Assembly: GCA_027492035.1 (NCBI GenBank)
Contig: JAOZFT010000004.1
Location: 544,001 to 608,000 of the forward strand
Origin: Thermoproteota archaeon
GTDB lineage: Archaea > Korarchaeota > JAOZGF01 > JAOZFZ01
Direction: 5' to 3'
DNA length: 64,000 bases
This document shows positions 59,884 to 64,000 of the stretch, in pieces (positions within the stretch are counted from its first letter, which is position 1; the number at the start of each line of letters is the position of its first letter). The notes under the pieces are model-generated. The model saw nothing but the letters and a program-made list of their open reading frames with translations, did not search any database and had not been told where the DNA came from. A program made the translations under genes and the position numbers.

Positions 59884-61302
59884 TTAATGTTGAAACCTCC
59901 AACGGGTACCCTGCTTTGTGTCTTCCACAACTACCCCTAATTCCTTCAATTTCTTCCTTATTTCGTCTGAGAGAGCGAAAAGTTTCTGCCTCCTTAATTC
60001 ATCCCTAACCACAATCACTAATTCTATCAACTCCCTAACAATTTCTTCTTTAATTTCTCTTTCCTTTTGTAGAACTCCGAAGACGCTACTGAAATCTTTG
60101 AAGAATGAATCGATTTCACGATATAATGCCTCGTTTATTTCGTTCTTGTTCTTTATGAACCTGTTGATTTCTTTTACTAAATTAAATACTGAAGCTAAGG
60201 CCTTAGGTGTGTTGAAGTCGTCATCCATTGCTTGCACAAATTCCTTTTTTGCGTTCTTGACCTTTTCTTTCAACTCGATTTCAGCTTCACTTAACACCCC
60301 TTTACTCTTTCTCAGCAGCTTCAGCAGATCCAACAAATTATAAATTCTCTCTAGACTTTCTCTTGTTTGCTCCAAATGTTCTTCACGGAAATCTATAGGA
60401 CTCCTGTAATGTTTCGAAACAAAAAACAACCTTAAAACTTCAGGACCCCACTTTTTTAAGGCTTCCCGTATAGGGATTATATTACCTAAACTCTTACTCA
60501 TTTTTTCCCCTTTAATGTTTAAGAAACCGGTATGTAACCAATACTTCACCCAAGGTTTCTTCCCGGATGCAGCTTCACTTTGAGCTATTTCGTTTTCATG
60601 ATGAGGAAAAATTAAATCGCTTCCGCCGCCATGTATATCAAACTGTTCACCTAAATACTTCGAACTCATAACTGAACACTCTATATGCCATCCCGGCCTT
60701 CCATTCCCCCACGGACTAGGCCAGTTTGGCTCTCTAGGTTTTTTAAATTTCCACAATGCAAAATCTCCTGGGTTACGTTTATTTGGGTTAGGTTCAATGC
60801 GGTGCTTAACCAACTCCTCCCTTTTCTGCTTCGAAAGTTTTCCGTAATCCTTAAACTTGTCAACATCGAAATAAACTCCATCTTTAATCACGTAAGCGTA
60901 ATCCTTTTCAACAAGTTTCTTTATAACCTCTAACATCTCTGATATGTGACCTGTGGCAAAACAGTAAATGTCAGGATGTATGTCAAGAATATACATATCC
61001 CTAAAAAATTCTTGACTAAACCTTGTAACCAACTCTGTAGTAGTTACTCCCTCCTCCTGAGCCTTTTTTATTATTTTGTCATCTACGTCTGTAATGTTCA
61101 TAACCCACTTAACTTTAAACCCTCTCTTTTCAAGCCAACGGTGAATCACATCGAAAGCTGTGTAGGTTCTTGCATGGCCTACATGGCTGTAATCGTAGGG
61201 GGTAGGTCCACAAACATACATCCTCACCTCTCCCCTTCTTAGCGGCCTAAAAACTTCCTTTTTCCCGCTTAAAGTGTTAAACAATTTAATTTCCATCATC
61301 AA
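59884..61302 (-). CDS. cysS: cysteinyl-tRNA synthetase
   Basis: YVCGPT.Y..HVGH, DFALWK, GRPGWHIECS, FPHHENE, KMSKS. Confidence 0.98.
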   Translation of the reverse strand: MMMEIKLFNTLSGKKEVFRPLRRGEVRMYVCGPTPYDYSHVGHARTYTAFDVIHRWLEKRGFKVKWVMNITDVDDKIIKKAQEEGVTTTELVTRFSQEFFRDMYILDIHPDIYCFATGHISEMLEVIKKLVEKDYAYVIKDGVYFDVDKFKDYGKLSKQKREELVKHRIEPNPNKRNPGDFALWKFKKPREPNWPSPWGNGRPGWHIECSVMSSKYLGEQFDIHGGGSDLIFPHHENEIAQSEAASGKKPWVKYWLHTGFLNIKGEKMSKSLGNIIPIREALKKWGPEVLRLFFVSKHYRSPIDFREEHLEQTRESLERIYNLLDLLKLLRKSKGVLSEAEIELKEKVKNAKKEFVQAMDDDFNTPKALASVFNLVKEINRFIKNKNEINEALYREIDSFFKDFSSVFGVLQKEREIKEEIVRELIELVIVVRDELRRQKLFALSDEIRKKLKELGVVVEDTKQGTRWRFQH

Positions 61303-61454
61303 CCAACCTGCAACAAATACATCAGCTTAAGTTCACAAATGTTTCCCTTTCAAACCTTTAAGGGGGCTTTCGAAAAGTTAACCTTCTCTTATATTTATTT
61401 TTCATGAAAGAAGAGGAGGTTTTCTTTCACAGAAAAAAATTTCAGAAATAAATG

Positions 61455-61760
61455 CTACAACAGCCTCGTTAAGGGTGTAATGATTGCGAGTATCTTAAAA
61501 CTTGTTCCAACCATCCATTGCAAACGCTCTAAACATTTATCTACATAATGTACCAGCTCTTCTCTTAATTTGTTTATTTCTTCTTTTGTTTCTTTTCTCA
61601 GTTTGTTTGCATCCTCTTTGGTGGCGATACTCTCTAAAGCTGTTTTGGTCATAACTGATTGCATTTCAGGGTCCTTCGCTATTTCAACAGCTAAACTTTT
61701 TAAAGTCCATTTATCCCTCTTAATTCCTTCAACTATCTCTTCAGCAGATAAATTAGACAA
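61455..61760 (-). CDS. small coiled-coil protein with C-terminal hydrophobic tail (ATKED-type archaeal family), possibly decaying
   Basis: IATKEDANKLRKETKEEINKLREEL heptads followed by a weakly hydrophobic C-terminus. Confidence 0.5.
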   Translation of the reverse strand: MSNLSAEEIVEGIKRDKWTLKSLAVEIAKDPEMQSVMTKTALESIATKEDANKLRKETKEEINKLREELVHYVDKCLERLQWMVGTSFKILAIITPLTRLL

Positions 61761-62133
61761 ATTAAGCCGCCGAAACTTTTAAAGAAAACATTTTCACTTA
61801 AACACCCAACTCATTTTTTAAAAATTTTTACTTATTTCTATGTTAAGAATCAAGGGTTTAACTGGTGTCATCTGCTGAATCAGAATCGAAAATGATACTT
61901 TCTTTTATCTTGCTAAGCCTATTCGTTTACTGTCCTTGTTTCTTTCTCACATATCTATCTCCAGCTCTTATGAAAATAAAAAACAATCAATGGCCCTGTG
62001 CAGTGTTTAGTGGAAATTAAATAAATGCTTTTTGTACAAGTTATTCCTTAAAACTTTTCTTCTCCTCTGAAGTTAAGAAAATGTGTTTTTCCTTGTTTAT
62101 TTTGTCTTTTAAGTGCTCTAAAAGAGTTTGCTT

Positions 62134-63003
62134 CTATGAAATTATATTTAGGGCTTTGTACATGTTTCTATAGCTTTTCTTCAATTCTTCATTGCTCATT
62201 TTGTTTTTCACTTTATTTATTTCCTTTATTGCTTTTCCTTGGTTAAAAACCAGTTTTTTCACCAGATTTATTTTGTTTTCTATTTCCTCAATGTACTCTG
62301 TTAAATTTTTGTTTTCTGTTTGTAAAGTTAGGATTAGTGAAGGATTTTGGCTCAGTATTGCTTTCATCCAGAGGAGTAGAACTTTGAAGGTAGGCCCTGA
62401 AACCCCCTCTATTTCTTTTAAGTTTCTGTTTTCCAACATAAATGCCAAAACAAGACTTAAAAAATAGTTTAATGAAATGGTTAAACCCATTAATTCTTCA
62501 TGTTTTCTTAAATCCAAAGTAATGAATTTACATTCATTAAATATCTCTTTTGCTTTGTCAAGTTCCTTTTCCTTGTCTTTCACAGGTACTAAAACAATTT
62601 TTTCCTGGTTTATTTCCTTTACTCCTGGCCCGAAAAGCGGATGAAGAGAAATAACTTGCACGTTCCTTTTTCCAATTTTTTCCAGTGCTTGGAAAACTTT
62701 TTCCTTCAACGAAGTTATCTCTACTATTGTCTTTATTTTTCCAGTCTTTAAGGTGGTTTCGTTAAAAATTTTGTTCAGTATTTTTGGGGTTTCTGGTATT
62801 GGTAGAGAAAGGAAAACAATATCAGCGTTTTCTACTGCTTTCTTAAATGATTCTTCAAACTCTACTCCAAGCATTGAAGCTACTTTCTTTCCTTTCTCTT
62901 TATTTATATCATTAATCAAAACTTGGAACTTTTTATTTTTGAAATATTGGGTAAAAACTTGACCCATTGACCCCGCTCCACCTATAACTGCGATCTTAAC
63001 CAT
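62134..63003 (-). CDS. tyrA: prephenate dehydrogenase
   Basis: IAVIGGAGSMG, EITSLK, SLHPLFGP, H...M, GPTF. Confidence 0.87.
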   Translation of the reverse strand: MVKIAVIGGAGSMGQVFTQYFKNKKFQVLINDINKEKGKKVASMLGVEFEESFKKAVENADIVFLSLPIPETPKILNKIFNETTLKTGKIKTIVEITSLKEKVFQALEKIGKRNVQVISLHPLFGPGVKEINQEKIVLVPVKDKEKELDKAKEIFNECKFITLDLRKHEELMGLTISLNYFLSLVLAFMLENRNLKEIEGVSGPTFKVLLLWMKAILSQNPSLILTLQTENKNLTEYIEEIENKINLVKKLVFNQGKAIKEINKVKNKMSNEELKKSYRNMYKALNIIS

Positions 63004-63354
63004 TTTTTACACATCCTTAAACTCTACCTGGCCTCCCCTCAGTTTTTAATGCCCCCTTTCAACAACAGTTCATGAAAAACAGTTTATTTCTGTTGCATTT
63101 AATTATTAACCATTTTATAAAGAAGGAGGTCCTTTTTCAATTTTTTAAGGGTTAGAACGGTTATAACCCTTTCTTCTTCACTAAAAATTAAGTAATAAGT
63201 AAATTTGCTTAAAACCTTGAAAAAAGTGTTGAGTCCTTTGGAGTTGCAGCATTATCTCACATGCAGTTTCACTTACAGTTAAGGGCTTTAAATTGATTTT
63301 TAGGAGCCTGGGAGACTTAAAATCTTTTGAACTAAATGTAGAACCTCTTTACTT

Positions 63355-63798
63355 TTAAGGTATAACTACTGATTTAGGATAGTCTTTCCCTGAAGCAGTG
63401 TGAACAGTTACTTCATATGTTATCCCTGACTGCCAGCTTCCGGATGTAATGCTGGAAGGAGGACCAGATATTGTTATTTGCTGCCCACCACCAACAGCAA
63501 CTGTGAAAGGAAGAGTAGGAGATGACACTTTACTATTATCTGGTATACCATTCACGAAAACATCAGTAATTGTTACATCTGTTGAACCTGTGTTATTAAC
63601 AATAACCTGTACATCAGTGCCGTCATAATATATAGCAGTTATTTCTAACTTTTCATACCTGGTAAATGTCCCAACCAAACCTGTTGCCCATAACGCCACT
63701 GCTATGGCTATAGCTATTGATACAGCGACGATTATAACTGTTGCTACAACAGGATGAATGCCTTCCCTATCTCCTATAAATAAAAGTTTCCTTCTCAT
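63355..63798 (-). CDS. major archaeal type IV pilin (copy B, paralogue of 42139..42573)
   Basis: REG|IHPVVATVIIVAVSIAIAIAVALWATGLVGTFTRYEKLE...HTASGKDYPKSV. Confidence 0.9.
   Translation of the reverse strand: MRRKLLFIGDREGIHPVVATVIIVAVSIAIAIAVALWATGLVGTFTRYEKLEITAIYYDGTDVQVIVNNTGSTDVTITDVFVNGIPDNSKVSSPTLPFTVAVGGGQQITISGPPSSITSGSWQSGITYEVTVHTASGKDYPKSVVIP
63680..63719 (-). repeat. 40-bp exact inverted repeat, copy 2 (partner 42221-42260)
   Basis: CCTGTTGCCCATAACGCCACTGCTATGGCTATAGCTATTG is the reverse complement of 42221-42260. Confidence 0.92.
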
Positions 63799-64000
63799 TT
63801 TTCAATTCTCCACTTTCCCATCTTACTCTTTAAATACGCATTTCTTCTATTAAAAAGGTTTTGTTTGTGTTAAGGAGCAAGGGGTTTTAAGGGGCATTTC
63901 TTTCCTCAAAAATGAAGTAGGAAAGGAATAATGAAAGTACTATATAAAGAATTTTTTGGATCTACTAAAAAAGGAAAGACATGGATTATTAACTAAGTAA

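Noticed and set aside
2600-62962. Many 60-150 aa antisense or off-frame ORFs overlapping recognised genes
   Set aside because: Shadow translations with no motifs; the overlapping frame carries clear family signatures.
1-64000. CRISPR array, rRNA, intact tRNA, transposase/integrase, DGR reverse transcriptase
   Set aside because: No regularly spaced repeats, GC-rich structural RNA block or catalytic motifs seen by eye. Small RNAs could have been missed.

Overview
AT-rich archaeal chromosomal window, most likely a TACK-type archaeon (Bathyarchaeia/Thermoproteota-like). This placement is an inference from the DGGGP synthase, ATP-dependent ligase, class III signal-peptide pilins, PibD/FlaK peptidase and GGTGA-type RBSs. 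Most genes are housekeeping or metabolic: sucCD, ppdK, malic enzyme, etfAB/acyl-CoA dehydrogenase/crotonase, cysS, lig, hisC, tyrA, ttuA, tldD/pmbA, an ABC-2 exporter and a split MgtE. A complete archaeal type IV pilus system is spread over three loci: ATPase + TadC + five minor pilins at 20-30.4 kb; peptidase + two pilins at 39.8-42.6 kb; and a paralogous major pilin at 63.4-63.8 kb. Top observations: (1) the two convergent major-pilin paralogues share an exact 40-bp inverted tract amid otherwise synonymously diverged codons, suggesting pilin gene conversion or inversion; (2) a local A/C-to-G/T strand-skew switch is centred in the first major pilin; (3) a HEPN-like + 2TM gene sits between pilins; (4) the pilus ATPase has a Lys-rich N-terminus and a C-terminal winged helix; (5) a membrane protein ends in a 10-Cys (CA)n-GGG tail. 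Also present: an AbiE type IV TA pair, an AglB-like GT-C protein lacking WWDYG (missed by the ORF track) and several decayed genes. No rRNA, intact tRNA, CRISPR array, transposase or integrase was recognised. All calls were made by eye; no database searches were run.
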